A DNA stretch of 63,559 nucleotides, counting the filler, from Asterionella formosa (Eukaryota): NCBI GenBank assembly GCA_002256025.1. It is 9 parts of 9 records of this genome, joined end to end, with 100 filler letters (N's around TTAATTAATTAA, not from the genome) between each part and the next. Parts side by side here need not be neighbours in the genome. Positions count along the whole stretch, not along the records: positions 21,249 to 28,221 come from NKIB01012558.1; positions 28,322 to 35,291 come from NKIB01012559.1; positions 35,392 to 42,359 come from NKIB01012560.1; 6 more parts are not named here. One strand, 5' to 3'. Position numbers and translations under genes: made by a program. Below the pieces are notes generated by a model. That model was not told the origin of the DNA. It did not search any database and saw only the letters and a program-made list of their open reading frames with translations. This document shows, piece by piece, positions 23,187 to 36,129 of the stretch (its first letter is position 1; each line of letters starts with the position of its first letter).

Positions 23187-25675
23187 TTAACGACGTGCCA
23201 TTATTACTTGTTTCACTTCCTCATCGACATCGTTTCTTTTTTCAATATCGAACATTTGGGATGAAACCTTGTCAATGAGATAACGGCACATGGAATCGAT
23301 AGAGTCAAAAAGTTTGCCAAGTTTCATACAATCTGCCGCACATCGGAGCTGGTCTCGAAAAATGTCATTTACAACAAGAAGCATGGCCACATTCATGACA
23401 ACAAACAAAAACAAGCAAAAGGCAAAAAATATTGTGAAGGAAATGACAGGAACGTTTTCTTCCGTTGATACGATCACACCGATAAGGTAGATATTGGCCA
23501 TGATTGATGTGCTCAATCCTGAACCGAGTAACATTAGCCGATGTATCTTTAGGAAGATACGAGCCCAAACCTTTGTGCGGCACAGATATGGCACGTCCGT
23601 CTTGGATGGCATTGTGAACCCATGAAGAAACTGCTCTTGAGATACATGCGTGACTGCAAAGGACACTCGAGCCCTTCCGAACAATTGCCTTGCATGGACA
23701 ACAGATTCTTTATAAGAATCGGAGACAATTGCAATGAGCACGTTCAATAGCACGATGATACCAAAAAAACAGAACAATACAAAAATCAAGGTAATCCCTG
23801 GTAGGTACTCAAAATCTGACAAAGAAACGTCCCCAGCAACAACTGAAAACATTTTGACGTAACTTCCTATCAGTCCTTCTTGACAGAACTCTACCGGAGC
23901 CAGACCGCTAGCACATATCTCTCCAGCTTTTGCTCTTGTTGTTATGATATGGATCACATCTGCAAAAAGAAAAATCAAAATGCAAGTGATCATCAGGAAC
24001 CACCTGATATCATTTACAATTTCAATAAGGGCAAGGATGAAAAGAGCCATGTGCTCGTTCACTGATTTCAAAAAGCCGAGGAGCTTGAGCCAAAGAAGAG
24101 CCATAGTAATGGCAAACAAAACTGCTTCATCTTCATGAAAACTGGAAAGAAAGGATAGGACGATTGCTGCAACATCGATAATGTTCCAGATGTCGCTAGA
24201 AAATCTAACCAGAGCCGCAAATGAAATCTTTAGTAATGCCACAAGTTCGCTGACCTTGCGTAGGACGGCATAGACGCAAATGAATCGAATCAAATAGTGT
24301 GGAATTTTTTTGGTCCCTTCCTGCCTAAGGGCGTTCAATAAGCTATCGGCAGTGTGCCCAATCTCAAATCGAAATGCAAACATAAGAATGATATGAAACG
24401 CAAAATCAATTGCCAAAATTCCAAGCACAACAGGTTTTGATACTCTATCATTGAGAACATCCCAAATGGCATCCGTTGTTGATGCTCGATCAGTCTCATG
24501 GATCTTAAGTACCATCAATGATGGTATTAGGTCCGGTAATTCTCCTAGTTTATCAAAAAGTGCATACCGTTCTGTAACAAATTTGAAGGCATCCTCTTGT
24601 CTTGGATCTCGCCCCGAACCAATGTGGACATTCAGAGTAATTTCCGAAACATGTTCCAAGTAATCCACAGCTCGTTTGGAGGCATACCCACCTCTTCGGA
24701 GCATGCGACAAAGCCAATCTCGGTAGATTGCGTGTGGTCGCATCATGACTCGTTGTAGAATGCAAAGTCGAAGGAGTCGATCACGAACCGGAATTTGTTC
24801 AATCAATAAGATTGTTTTCAAAAGGTAGGGAATGTTTGCCAGATTATCAATAATGGTGTCTTGAAGGCTGTACAGCTCTGTTCGGGAGGCTGTTTGTGGG
24901 AAGACAGTATGGGTTCTATCGAGAATAACAGAGAGAATGGACAATGCCAATTCTACTTGTTCAGTAGCTTCCACATATGGGAAAGATTTCTTGGCCAAAT
25001 TCTCAATTCTTGTGTCGTTGGCAGTATGCGATTCATTCCCTTCACCGTGTGAACTAAAATGTGATTTTTTGGAGGTGTTCAAGCTGGAAAACGAAAGAAA
25101 TGAGCTGCTCCCGGTAGGTGATTGGTTGTTGTTGGCGATTGCCTCAATATAAGTCTTTTCCACCCATTGGTATACAATACCGACAAAGGGCAAGCGACCA
25201 TTTTCATCTTCGAATGTCATGGCCATTGGTTCTGCTTCGAACAATTTCAAAGCAAACGTTTGTGCATCTTCGGCTCTACGCTTCATGAACCTGTCATTCT
25301 CGGCAAATAAGTGAAGTGGAACTCTCCCTACCACATCTGTAGCAAGTAGTTCTTCCTTGGTTGCCTTCTCTAGAGCCGCTTGTAATTGTTTCAAGGAAGC
25401 AAAGGGATTGGAGCACATGATATCCATCCGATTCGTTCTTGCGCTAGGATCCAGTGTTCGAGAATATTTATAATGCTTGTCTGTTTTACGGAGAAGACTC
25501 TTTCTGGATAGTTTTATTCCATCTGCCATGTGGAATGAATCTTCATTCTCCTCGTCTTGCTCGACTTCCTCTTGCATACTCGCACGTTTCGTTTGTTTAG
25601 GTCCCACAGCATCATAAGTGGTGATTGAGGTGGTGGTGGTCGTCGTCTTGGTGTTGGTATTCGAGATCAATTCGG

Positions 25676-25723
<48 letters not shown>

Positions 25724-25966
25724 CAAATATTTGTAATGTTCCTGTAAAATGATGTAAATCGACTATTGTTGTTGTCGCAGTATTAGCATCAGTATCATTG
25801 TTATCATTATTGTCAGTGGGCCGCAGTCGTACTGCTACCAAACAATCGGATAGTTCATTGGAAGGGGAGGAGGATGGTACGAAACGGAATCGAACATTTC
25901 CAATCGACAATTCCAATGATTCACTTTCATCGTCTGCTGCAGCAGTAGTGGGAGTATTCGTAGTAA

Positions 25967-25998
<32 letters not shown>

Positions 25999-26036
25999 TC
26001 GTTGCTGGAGTCGTCGTCGTCGTCGTCGTTCATCAT
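23187..26036 (-). CDS. TRP-like cation channel with ankyrin-like N-terminal repeats and a polyQ tract
   Basis: 949-aa ORF; GRVPLH and ENGRLPF ankyrin-like motifs; WNIIDV, LLWLKLLGFLK, pore-like VVAGD, S6 IVLLNVLIAIVSDSY...FGRAR. Confidence 0.8.
25678..25722 (-). repeat. (CAA)15 coding microsatellite (polyQ)
   Basis: Perfect ttg run on the plus strand. Confidence 0.95.
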
Positions 26037-26669
26037 TATAATTTTGATACAATATATTGATTAGAATCGTTTGTTTTGCTCATGCTTGTCCATAAAATAA
26101 GGGAACATGGACCGGTAGCTAAATATGAAAACATTGTACATTTCCAGTACTGTATTTTTGATACCACTTCTCAGGGAGGGAGGGTATATTATGTTACGGG
26201 AAACTCCGTAGTTACTACATACATATAAGTTCCGCGCTTACAACTTCGAACATACCATATCTGCTGTATACGTATCTTTCCAACCATGCTCATTTCAGAC
26301 CTCGCGGATTCGCTCGTATCCCCAAGAATCATTTTTTTAGTTAGTATGATCTCGCTTGCTTTGTTGTTCAGGAAATTCTATGTGGACAAAATTTGCCGGT
26401 AATGGGTCACAGCAGTACTTAAATTTTTATGTATAATTGTACATAATTTTATATACCATTATGATCACGGATTACCCCATTTGGTTTTCGCAAAATTATT
26501 TTTATGAATTTTTGCATCCAATATTTATATCACAATCACACACAAATGCATTCAGCCACATTAAATGCTTGCGCCTATCAACACCACTGCAATGTCGCCC
26601 TCATCCCTACTAAGCTCCTGCCCTCCCACAAGCACAACATCAAGAGACCGAATTGGATATGGAGAATCC

Positions 26670-28200
26670 TTTTATCCACGGGAACAAGTCTCCAAGTATC
26701 TTGCCAACAAGTTCTGTCTGGTTATTGGAAGCGGCGCATCGCCATTGCGCTTGTACCATGTCACCATTGTTTTCAGTTCAGCTACGTTGTAGCTTCCAGC
26801 TTCCTTTCCAGTCTCTCTGATGGCCTGTACCTTCTGTGACAATTCAAAAAACCGGTGACTCAAATTCTGCTCCTTGTTTTGTTCCTGGATTTCATGCCGG
26901 CGTTTGATTTCCAGCATATGCTCAAAAAGCGGTGGTCCTAGACAAGTGTTTCCAACAGCAAAGTGCAGTTCTGCGGTCATTTGTTTGTGTGTGTCGATTG
27001 CTGCTTGTGCTGTTTGCTTTCTTTTCCTGGCATGTTCTGCTGCATCATTACCATTTCGCACATCTTCTCTGTTTATGTATTCAACGATTTGATTTGTAAG
27101 AGTTCCTGAAAGTCCTTCTTGCAGGTCGAGCTGGTCAGGTGTAGTAGAGTTTCTGTTACTGTGTGACATTCTATTCAATGGGACAACGCACACCAAATTT
27201 CGTCAGCTGTATTTCAGGATTCAACAAGCAATTATAGTTCAAAGGTCCCCAGCCTCGCTCTGCTACCGCTTTTTTGTTTGTGCGTAATCTCGCAAAACTT
27301 TTTTCCCAAGTAGTGAATTTGCAAGTTGCAGTCCCTCTCGGCATGTGATGGGCGACTCTCGGCATGTGATGGGCGAACGCATTTTACTCAACAGATCAAT
27401 GAGCTCCACAATGTAAAGTTCCACTTCAAGCATAGGTGAGAGGAATTCTGTGTTTGTTCCTTGATGGTTTTTTCTTTTTGCACATGTTCTAACTGTTTCG
27501 AAATTAATATTGACAGCAGGAAGAATACCAATGGCCTCCTTTTCTCTTAGTATTATACAGGTAAGTGTATTTCTCTTCACTCGTGATTCTCCTCCTTTTT
27601 CTTTTTCCTCTTCTCTCACCATATTTTCTGCTGCCGAATTGGAAATACATTCTTTCACTTTTTCTTTGGATGACCACCATAGGGCAGGGTTGCAGTGACA
27701 GAAATGGTGCTGCTGCTGCTTTCAGTTGATGCAGTAGTAGTGCTGCCTGGCAGGAGGCAAACTAGAACTTGTAGACATAATCATAGTAGTAATGGAAGAA
27801 TGATGATGATTTTTTCTGCTATAGCTGTAATTTTCTACACCTTCCATTGTCAGCATAGATATTTCGCTTTCTTGTTAATCCTCTTGCTCATCCTCCTCAG
27901 GCTGTTTGTCCGTTCTGGTAGCTACTGGTGCCACCAGATAACCTTATTTTCCTTAGAAAGTATTTCACTTTCTGTGTAGTCTCCCATGGGACAAGTTCTT
28001 GTACATCGTGCACAGAACGAGAAATTGCGCCATATGGTAGTTTTCCATTATTTTTCGCTTTCAACACTTCCATATTTGTAGAAATGTTCAATAGGAAATG
28101 TTCAATAGGCAATGTTCAATCATCCTCGCTTTGTTTGCGCTGCTAATAGACTGAGCCGCCTTGCCCGAAGGCACAGTCGATTTCTTTTTTGCCATAAATT
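26670..28200 (-). pseudogene. Internally deleted DDE-1 transposase remnant related to 8330-10250
   Basis: SPMLEVE.YIVELI..LSKMR.PITCREGLQLANSL joined almost directly to AVAERGWGPLNYNCL and DLQEGLSGTLT; catalytic core missing; 21-bp tandem duplication at ~27336-27377. Confidence 0.8.
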
Positions 28201-28321
28201 GGATGCATATTATGAGCTGAANNNNNNNNNNNNNNNNNNNNNNNNNNNNNNNNNNNNNNNNNNNNTTAATTAATTAANNNNNNNNNNNNNNNNNNNNNNN
28301 NNNNNNNNNNNNNNNNNNNNN

Positions 28322-30205
28322 ACGACAAGGAAATATGCCATTGAGTCTGAGGAAGAAGCTTGGTTACGCAGGCCATTCACGAATATGCAGGACGATAGCC
28401 GCTATGGTCGTTCTCAGGCACTTGCATACGATGGAACCAGAATGAACCCATATAATTCCGTGAGGGAAGCGATGGAACCAGCAGAGCGACGTGTACGGTA
28501 CACAGAAGATTTCCCATTTTACGATGACAGTGACGGAGTGGATCCAAGCCGTGTGAGAAAGCGTCAACGAGGTGACTCGTTATTCACCTTCGGTCCAAAT
28601 GAAGCGATGGTAGACTTGCATGTATTGGTAATGGCTGGACAGACGTTTGATGAAGGACGCTTTTCAAGTTCAAAAGTAATTTTGGATGGATTCGATTACG
28701 AGTTTCGAGATTTGAAAAGCAAGAAAGTGCTGGGACCAGGTCGACTCGGTGATGTTGGAACTATGGCTAAAAATATTGCGTCTTCTTTCCATTTGGGAGA
28801 CAGTAGAACAATGCGAGTGGAGATTATCAATGCAGGTGAGATTATCAGGTTGGGACCGCGCCTCACCCATGTGGTGCTTTTGGTTGGTCTCAGGGAGGAG
28901 AAGGAATCGCCTGAGCCCCCATTGCAAAATGGACTTGGTAGAGTTATCAAAATTACGAAAGGGAAATACAAAGGATGTCGTGGAATTTTAAAGCAAGTCA
29001 ATGACGGTAATGCAATGGTCAGGGTCGCAACAGGCGACAGCAAGGGAACATCCGCTGTCATCCCGCAAGGCTACATCGAAATCATGGAAGAATCCGAGCT
29101 GCTGATGCATGTTTGCACTGTCGGACATTCCAATATTGAGGAAGAAAACCTTTTCATTGCGCCTAATGGCGAAGCAAATGAAGTCTTGCAGTCCTTTAAA
29201 TCTGATATGTTTGACACCGTCACTTATAACCAATTCTCCGTCATCGATGGAGGAAGTTCTACGAAGGAAGGAAACAACAGTATTCCCAATGGTGATTTCA
29301 TGACTGATATATCAGATCACCTTGTAAATACTTTCGATCCCGAGCTTTATCACATGATGGAAACTGATCATGTTGAAACGCAAGATATGAACGAAAAAGC
29401 AGGTCTAGGACAGCCTGGAACAAATGATGGGCCGCACGATGAAGTTGCATATCTTGGACATCATGATAGAGATAAAGATCCCTCGTTGTCACGACGTGCT
29501 ACACCGGGTTCAGGTGAAAAAATTCATCGAAGCACACCCATCTACACTGAGATTTTGCCTCCCTTGGAAATTGCCGTGTGTGAAACCGATGGCCAAGCCC
29601 AGCATGACGATGAAACAGATGCGGAGTCCAACATGCAAGAGCTCCCGCTGCCGCCAGCGGCAGATCTTCCTGCAGCTGTCCCAATGCCTCCCGATGATGA
29701 CGCAAGTACCGAAGCAAAGGACGACGACGAGGACGACGACGAAGATTTCGAAATTAACTCAATTAAGCCAAAGAAAAAGTCGTTGTTACCTCGAGCACCA
29801 AGATTGCCCCTGGCAGCATCCCGGTCCACATCCGGCTCGACTCATGCACCAAATGCTAGCAAAGCAATTCCCAGTAATTTTAAGGGAACAAGGAGTACTC
29901 AGTCAGAACTGGCCCCTGTCTCGTCAGACACTGAGTCGGAATCATGGTCCCTTCCAAAGCCCCTCCCCGAAATTACTAAGCCACGCCGGGGTCGACCGAG
30001 AACAAAATTGCGTAACCGGGACATGACGTCGGCGTGGAATTTTCTTCAGTCGCTTTCCGTATTGGAACTCAAGGATAAGCTGAAACAGATGAAAATGTCG
30101 TCGGCTGGGAGCAAAGGCATGCTTCTTAAGCAATTGAAAGCTGCTCTCGATATAGACCGAGAAACGCCAATGGCAGTACTTCCCGGTATTCTCACAAAGT
30201 TATAA
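28322..30205 (+). CDS. 5'-partial putative nucleic-acid-binding protein with KOW, AT-hook and SAP-like motifs
   Basis: Frame is open from the contig start; GRVIKITKGKYKGCRGIL (KOW), PRRGRPR (AT-hook), LSVLELKDKLKQMKMSSAGSKGMLLKQL (SAP). Confidence 0.7.
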   Translation, partial: TTRKYAIESEEEAWLRRPFTNMQDDSRYGRSQALAYDGTRMNPYNSVREAMEPAERRVRYTEDFPFYDDSDGVDPSRVRKRQRGDSLFTFGPNEAMVDLHVLVMAGQTFDEGRFSSSKVILDGFDYEFRDLKSKKVLGPGRLGDVGTMAKNIASSFHLGDSRTMRVEIINAGEIIRLGPRLTHVVLLVGLREEKESPEPPLQNGLGRVIKITKGKYKGCRGILKQVNDGNAMVRVATGDSKGTSAVIPQGYIEIMEESELLMHVCTVGHSNIEEENLFIAPNGEANEVLQSFKSDMFDTVTYNQFSVIDGGSSTKEGNNSIPNGDFMTDISDHLVNTFDPELYHMMETDHVETQDMNEKAGLGQPGTNDGPHDEVAYLGHHDRDKDPSLSRRATPGSGEKIHRSTPIYTEILPPLEIAVCETDGQAQHDDETDAESNMQELPLPPAADLPAAVPMPPDDDASTEAKDDDEDDDEDFEINSIKPKKKSLLPRAPRLPLAASRSTSGSTHAPNASKAIPSNFKGTRSTQSELAPVSSDTESESWSLPKPLPEITKPRRGRPRTKLRNRDMTSAWNFLQSLSVLELKDKLKQMKMSSAGSKGMLLKQLKAALDIDRETPMAVLPGILTKL

Positions 30206-30518
30206 ATAAATATGAACTCCTACCGGCAAGCGATACGATGACAGCTCAAGCCGCTCCTCTTCGTAGGTGTCGTATCTGCCGATAAAAATGAAAGGTATAT
30301 AAATGTATTCAAATGGATAGTTAAACACTTTTGTATTACGATGGCTGGTTTTTATGTCAGAACTTGATGTATAGGACCGTGACTTGCAGCAAATTCATAA
30401 GTCTGCCAAGGTTCTCGTGGACGCACTGTCATGTTGCTTTGTACCATTGCCATGCAACTCTAGCCCGAAGAAGGGACATGTCATCCTGGTGCTAGCGCGC
30501 CCTGACTGCGTTCCTGTA

Positions 30519-32780
30519 CTACCCGGTAGTTTCGGCAGAGGCCTCTTCAACCACAAACAAAATAGTCGCATCGTTGATTAAAGCATCAACATGATGAGCA
30601 AGTAACTGCACAATGCCTCTCTTTGGCGCTCTGATCGTATGCTCCATTTTCATGGCCTCCATAACGATAACAGCATCCCCTTCGTTCACGTGGTCACCAT
30701 TTTTAAAGTTGACGCGGACAATCCTACCTGGCATGGGTGCTTTGACAGTGCCGTGACCCTCAAAAGCGTGTTTCTCACTACCTTTGGGCTGTTGAAGCAT
30801 AGGGTTCGCGAGCACTGCGGCGAATGAATATCTGCCATCCAGCTGATTCGTACACCAAACTAGTATGCTTAGGGTCCCATTTTCCTGGCTTTCGCTAAAC
30901 ATCGCTCGAGACCGAACACGCTTTACTCCGTTCACGAGTACATCCAGAGAACCATCGAAACCCAAAGTACCGTCCATATGAAATTGGGACGTCGCAGCAG
31001 TATCATTATCATTTCGGATGATAACTTCAACAGAACCATCAGAATTGCTGAAATACTTAATCAATGGAGAGTCGTTCGTGTCTTCAGAAATGCGGAGTTC
31101 CTTTCTGGCACGACATCCTGACCCACCCATTCGCCAAGACCCCGCCAGGCACGACCAAGGACTAGCAACGGACCTTCTTGCGAGGTTCAGATCTGTCACT
31201 CCAATTCTATTTTCGAGATATAAGATTGTGGCAAATGCAGATAAGGCAATAAACTGTGGGCAAGTTGTCGCATCATCTGGTTTTAGCTCGTTCAAGAACT
31301 CGTCAATGAAACCCGTGTTGGTGGCTCCGGGCTCTTGGAAGACTGGGTGCAGTGCACATTTGATCAAAAACTCAATATTAGTGGAAATACCAGCAATTTG
31401 ATAGCGCCTCAACGATTCGACAAGCTTTTCCAGCGCAAGCTTTCGATTTTCACCGTAAACAATCAATTTGGAAATCATTGGGTCATAGTAAACGCCAATT
31501 TCGTCACCGGTTTTGATTCCAGTGTCAACACGGACGTCAACATCCGATTTCCCCGTGTTTGCGGCGACTGGTGGACCATGATACCAAACTGTCCCGGTTG
31601 CAGGAAGGAATTCCATACCTTTCTCTGCATATATTCTAGCTTCGAAAGCATGTCCTCGAGCAACAATGTCGCTCTGGTTTTTAATGGGAAGTTCCTCGCC
31701 AGCTGCCACGCGAAGTTGCCATTCAACCAAGTCCACTGATGTGATCATTTCAGTCACTGGATGTTCGACTTGCAGTCGAGTATTCATTTCGCAAAAATAA
31801 AAATTGTTTTCGTGAGATTGAGTATCCAACAAGAATTCTACAGTGCCAGCATTTACATAGTTTGCAGCTCGTGCTGCTCTCGTGGCCATTTCGCCTAGTT
31901 GGCATCGAACGTCCACCGGTAGATCCGACGCTGGCGCTTCTTCAATCACTTTCTGATGCCGTCGTTGAAGGCTACAATCTCTCTCAAATAGATGGACGAC
32001 ATTGTCGTGTGTATCCGCCATGATTTGAACCTCGACATGCCTGGGATTGACCAAGTACTTTTCAAGAAGGACTGCAGTATCGCCAAAGGCTGATAAACTC
32101 TCTCGCTTGCAGGATTCGAGCGCCGACAGAAACTCATTTTGGTTCCAAACAAGGCGTATACCCTTTCCTCCTCCGCCCATGACTGCTTTGATGAGCAACG
32201 GAAATCCGACAGTAGTCACTGCTTCGTGCAAAAGGTAGTCTGCATCTTGATTAACCCCGTGATATCCAGGCGTAATCGGTACCCCAGCCGCGTCCATGAT
32301 CGACTTGGAATAAGATTTGGAGCCCATAGCTAGGATAGCTTCAGGTGAAGGTCCTACGAATACCACTCCATTTTGAGTGGCTTTACGGCAGAAGTCTGCA
32401 TTTTCACTTAAGAATCCATACCCTGGGTGGATGGCTTGCGCACTTGTTCTCCTAGCGATTTCCAATATTTCATCTCCTCTCAGATATGATTCCCCTGCCT
32501 TTGGTCCGCTTCCGATGCAGTACGCTTCGTCTGCCATTGACGCATGCAGCGAATCCATGCCATCTGCGCTACTGTAAATGGCGACGGTTTCAATCCCCAT
32601 TCGTCGACAGGTTCTAATGACACGACACGCGATCTCCCCCCGGTTGGCGATGAGAACTTTCTCGAACGGCTTCGAAGCGAACTGCCGATGCTGCTCTACT
32701 GAGAGCAACCCATGTTGATGTGAACGGCATCTGAAGGCGGCGGGATTGAGGTTTCGCAATGTCGCCACATATCGAAACAT
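30519..32780 (-). CDS. MCCC1: 3-methylcrotonyl-CoA carboxylase alpha subunit (mitochondrial, BC+BCCP)
   Basis: KVLIANRGEIACRV, IHPGYGFLSENA, ERDCSLQRRHQKVIEEAP, EMNTRLQVEHPVTE, biotin site EAMKMEH; N-terminal presequence. PCC-alpha is less likely but not excluded. Confidence 0.85.
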   Translation of the reverse strand: MFRYVATLRNLNPAAFRCRSHQHGLLSVEQHRQFASKPFEKVLIANRGEIACRVIRTCRRMGIETVAIYSSADGMDSLHASMADEAYCIGSGPKAGESYLRGDEILEIARRTSAQAIHPGYGFLSENADFCRKATQNGVVFVGPSPEAILAMGSKSYSKSIMDAAGVPITPGYHGVNQDADYLLHEAVTTVGFPLLIKAVMGGGGKGIRLVWNQNEFLSALESCKRESLSAFGDTAVLLEKYLVNPRHVEVQIMADTHDNVVHLFERDCSLQRRHQKVIEEAPASDLPVDVRCQLGEMATRAARAANYVNAGTVEFLLDTQSHENNFYFCEMNTRLQVEHPVTEMITSVDLVEWQLRVAAGEELPIKNQSDIVARGHAFEARIYAEKGMEFLPATGTVWYHGPPVAANTGKSDVDVRVDTGIKTGDEIGVYYDPMISKLIVYGENRKLALEKLVESLRRYQIAGISTNIEFLIKCALHPVFQEPGATNTGFIDEFLNELKPDDATTCPQFIALSAFATILYLENRIGVTDLNLARRSVASPWSCLAGSWRMGGSGCRARKELRISEDTNDSPLIKYFSNSDGSVEVIIRNDNDTAATSQFHMDGTLGFDGSLDVLVNGVKRVRSRAMFSESQENGTLSILVWCTNQLDGRYSFAAVLANPMLQQPKGSEKHAFEGHGTVKAPMPGRIVRVNFKNGDHVNEGDAVIVMEAMKMEHTIRAPKRGIVQLLAHHVDALINDATILFVVEEASAETTG

Positions 32781-33725
32781 TCGAATGCTTCTGCCAATTC
32801 GGAATTTCTCGGCCCGAATTACAAGGAGAGGAGGTATCGGATGTCTATGTATTCCGCGACGTTCCTTCCAACTGTTATGATAACTACTTCCTCCACTAAA
32901 GAGTTTGAAGTGACAGATTGACTACTGAATTGTTTCCTTCAGGAAATGTAAACTGCCTTTTATTGATCACAGACGATTCTCAACATACATTTTGTATAGA
33001 AGGTGTCAGCAACGAAACGCAAGAACAATCACGACTGTGCTCCTACTGGTACACTGTCATTTCTTCAGTTCCTCGCATACATTCATACATACCTCCCTAT
33101 CAGTATTAAGTACACTGCCGTTACCGTACCGGGTATCATATCGCTCTCGTTTGCTTGTTCTCTCATGTCGCTGCATATAAAATATCCCCACACACCTACC
33201 GGTACATACGGCTGTATAATTATTACCTGGTACCGGTACCTGGTAGTTTTATCTTGCTCCAATAACAAATGGCAATGTCATAAGGTTATCATATCACACT
33301 TTGGGCGGTATGTACAACAGCAGTACGAGCAGAAAAATGGCGGGAAATGAATAACCCGGAGGCTAAGAAAATATATCTGTTGCTTTCGTCCCCCGCCTCG
33401 CGCATGCTGCCCGCCTTAAAAATACACTACCGGAATATATATTCCATTTGCGTACCCGGTACCGGTAAGCCAATCACACGAATTGTATTCCAAATGTCAA
33501 CAAGAGTAGCACATGGTAACAGACATCACACGTCGCCTTCACGAAAATGAGACTGTGATGTTCTGTTCAACTTCGCTCATGTACATATAATATTCCATTA
33601 CGACTGAGAAGACTTCGAATACTGACACCAATAGATTTCCATCACTTTTCCAACGAACTCAACGTACAACGTCAATCACCGGTACTGCATTTGCTGCAGC
33701 AATCGAGACAAACATTTCAGGGACC

Positions 33726-35220
33726 ATGACCTCGAATAAGAAGGAGAGCTTGATACCTTCACCGGTCATGTCTGGGTCTGCGTTCGATCCGTTGCCAGAA
33801 ATGAGTGGTATGTTTCCAATGCTGAGCCAAGGGGTAGCAATGGAAGATTCGTGGAATTGTCCAGCCTCACGAAAGTCGTTGCGAACCAAGAATCCAATAC
33901 GAGCCATCGTCGACCCTATTCTTGCTCAAGTCCGCTCTGGCGCTGAACGTGCTGATGGCAAAGATCCAATTTCCTTGGCAGTACGTATTTATTCATGCTC
34001 TCTATCGTTGCCTGCGAGAAACGATACTGACACATGTTGGATCCCCCTTCGCAAAATAGCTCGGCGACCCAACAACTAGTGCAACTTTGCCTCCTTGCGA
34101 AATTGCTCTTGAGGCCGCTATTAAAGCCATTCAGTCTCCCGGGCACACAGCTGGATACGTCAATGCATGCGGCACTAGCATAGCTCGTGATGCCGTCGCC
34201 CTATACCATTCGTTTCCGGAAAATAGGGTATCGATGGAACAAGTCGTTATCGCTAATGGCTGCTCAGGAGCATTGGAGTTGGCACTCACTGCCTTGTTGG
34301 ATCCAGGGACTGTGTTGTTGGTACCAAGGCCTGGTTTTCCTCTGTATCAAGTGATTGCTGAGTCACATGGAGCTACTGTCATGCACTACAATTTGCTACA
34401 TGATCAAGCTTGGGAATGTGATCTGGATCACCTAGAAGATTTGCTTTGTCGCTGTGAACCAGGCGTCGTCCGTGGCATTGTTATCAATAATCCTTCCAAC
34501 CCCACTGGAAGCGTTTACTCAGAAATGCATCTACAAACGATTGTGAACTTTTGTGCTCATCACCACCTGCCTATCCTTAGTGATGAGATATATGGGGACG
34601 TGACTTTTGGCACGGCTCGGTTCCATCCCATGGCACAAGTGGCATGGAAGATGGGAAATCAAGTTCCAATCATTACGGCGAGTGGTATGAGCAAGCAGTT
34701 CCTTTTACCTGGATGGAGAGTAGGATGGATCGTTTTCCAGGACAACAAGGAACAGTCGCTTCAGCATGTTGAGGCTGGTGTCAAAAGACTAGCACAAGTT
34801 GTTCTGGGCGCATCGCATCTGGCTCAGTCTGTTGTTCCTTCGTTGTTGGCTCCTGAATCGAATCATATGAAGAATACAATTGATAGATGGAAGAATAAAG
34901 TACGATATACATTGGAGAAACAAGCTATGATTCTATGTCATGAACTTGAGGCTTGTGCAGGGCTTTCAGTTATTAAACCTGAGGGAGCCATGTACGCCAT
35001 GGTCAAGATTGACTTGTCCAGATTCGACATGGCTATTCGAAGTGATATAGATTTTGCCAACCTTCTCTTGGAAGAAGAGAACGTGTTTGTCCTTCCTGGT
35101 TGTGCATTTGGAATGTCAAACTTTTTCCGAGTTGTCTTTTGTGCTTCAGAGAGTACGCTAGTGGTGGCTGCCTCGCGTATCTCGTCGTTTTGCACCCGAC
35201 ATGGTCGCGTGCAAATCTGA
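33726..35220 (+). CDS. TAT: Tyrosine aminotransferase; intron at 33981-34059
   Basis: Splicing gives ISLA|LGDPT; NPIRAIVD, NGCSGALE, NNPSNPTGSVYS, SDEIY, SGMSKQFLLPGWRVGW (PLP lysine). Confidence 0.92.
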
Positions 35221-35391
35221 TGTTTAGAAATGGATGAATTATAGGAGACACACTGATGGCCAATAGAAAATATGCTGGTACCCATAATAATNNNNNNNNN
35301 NNNNNNNNNNNNNNNNNNNNNNNNNNNNNNNNNNNTTAATTAATTAANNNNNNNNNNNNNNNNNNNNNNNNNNNNNNNNNNNNNNNNNNNN

Positions 35392-36083
35392 AGTAGTCTG
35401 TTACGCACATTTTCGTATCTCCTTCTATGCTGAATCTCAATAGTAGATGTAGTATCATGTGAGAATTGAAAATTTCAACGAGAACAAGTAGAATGTGTTT
35501 GTTTACAGGTTGATTGGCGAGATTGTCATGCTGAAGTGGACGAAACGGATATACTTTGTGCGCTGTGAGCGGAAACATTACGAGTTCGAATGGTTTCTTC
35601 TCTCCTGTAAACTCTTAATTGAATGATTATGAACAAAGGTTCACTGCACATGACGATTACTCGAAGATATAAAGACCACTTGACCAACAAATTGAAGACG
35701 TTATCGCAAACATTCATTCCGCTTGTCATCGCTAGTATTTCGTTGTTGTTGCAAAACTCGGAGTGATGACGGATGGAAATGACGAGCCAAATTACATTAC
35801 TTGAGCTGGTACATTATCCTACGAAGAAATTCGAATACAGGAATCAAGTAGAATCAATACATATAATAATTAAAGATATGTTGTCAAAAGGGTTACTATT
35901 TAAATTACAAAAGCATTTATCAAAATTATTAGATGATATAACGAAAAATTATGATCAGATGATCACAATCCTATGATGCATCATGGAAATATGATAGTTT
36001 TTATTTGCAGACGTACAGTTGACGTGAATCACTATAAATGCTAAAGGAAATGACTCTAGAGTATATTTTTTGTTCTACAATCA
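35392..36083 (+). repeat. Left terminal inverted repeat of contig 6 (~692 bp)
   Basis: Reverse complement of 41668-42359 with only about five substitutions seen. Confidence 0.95.
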
Positions 36084-36129
36084 TATTATAATAAATAGTA
36101 TAGAATGCATATCTATATCGTTATTGAGG

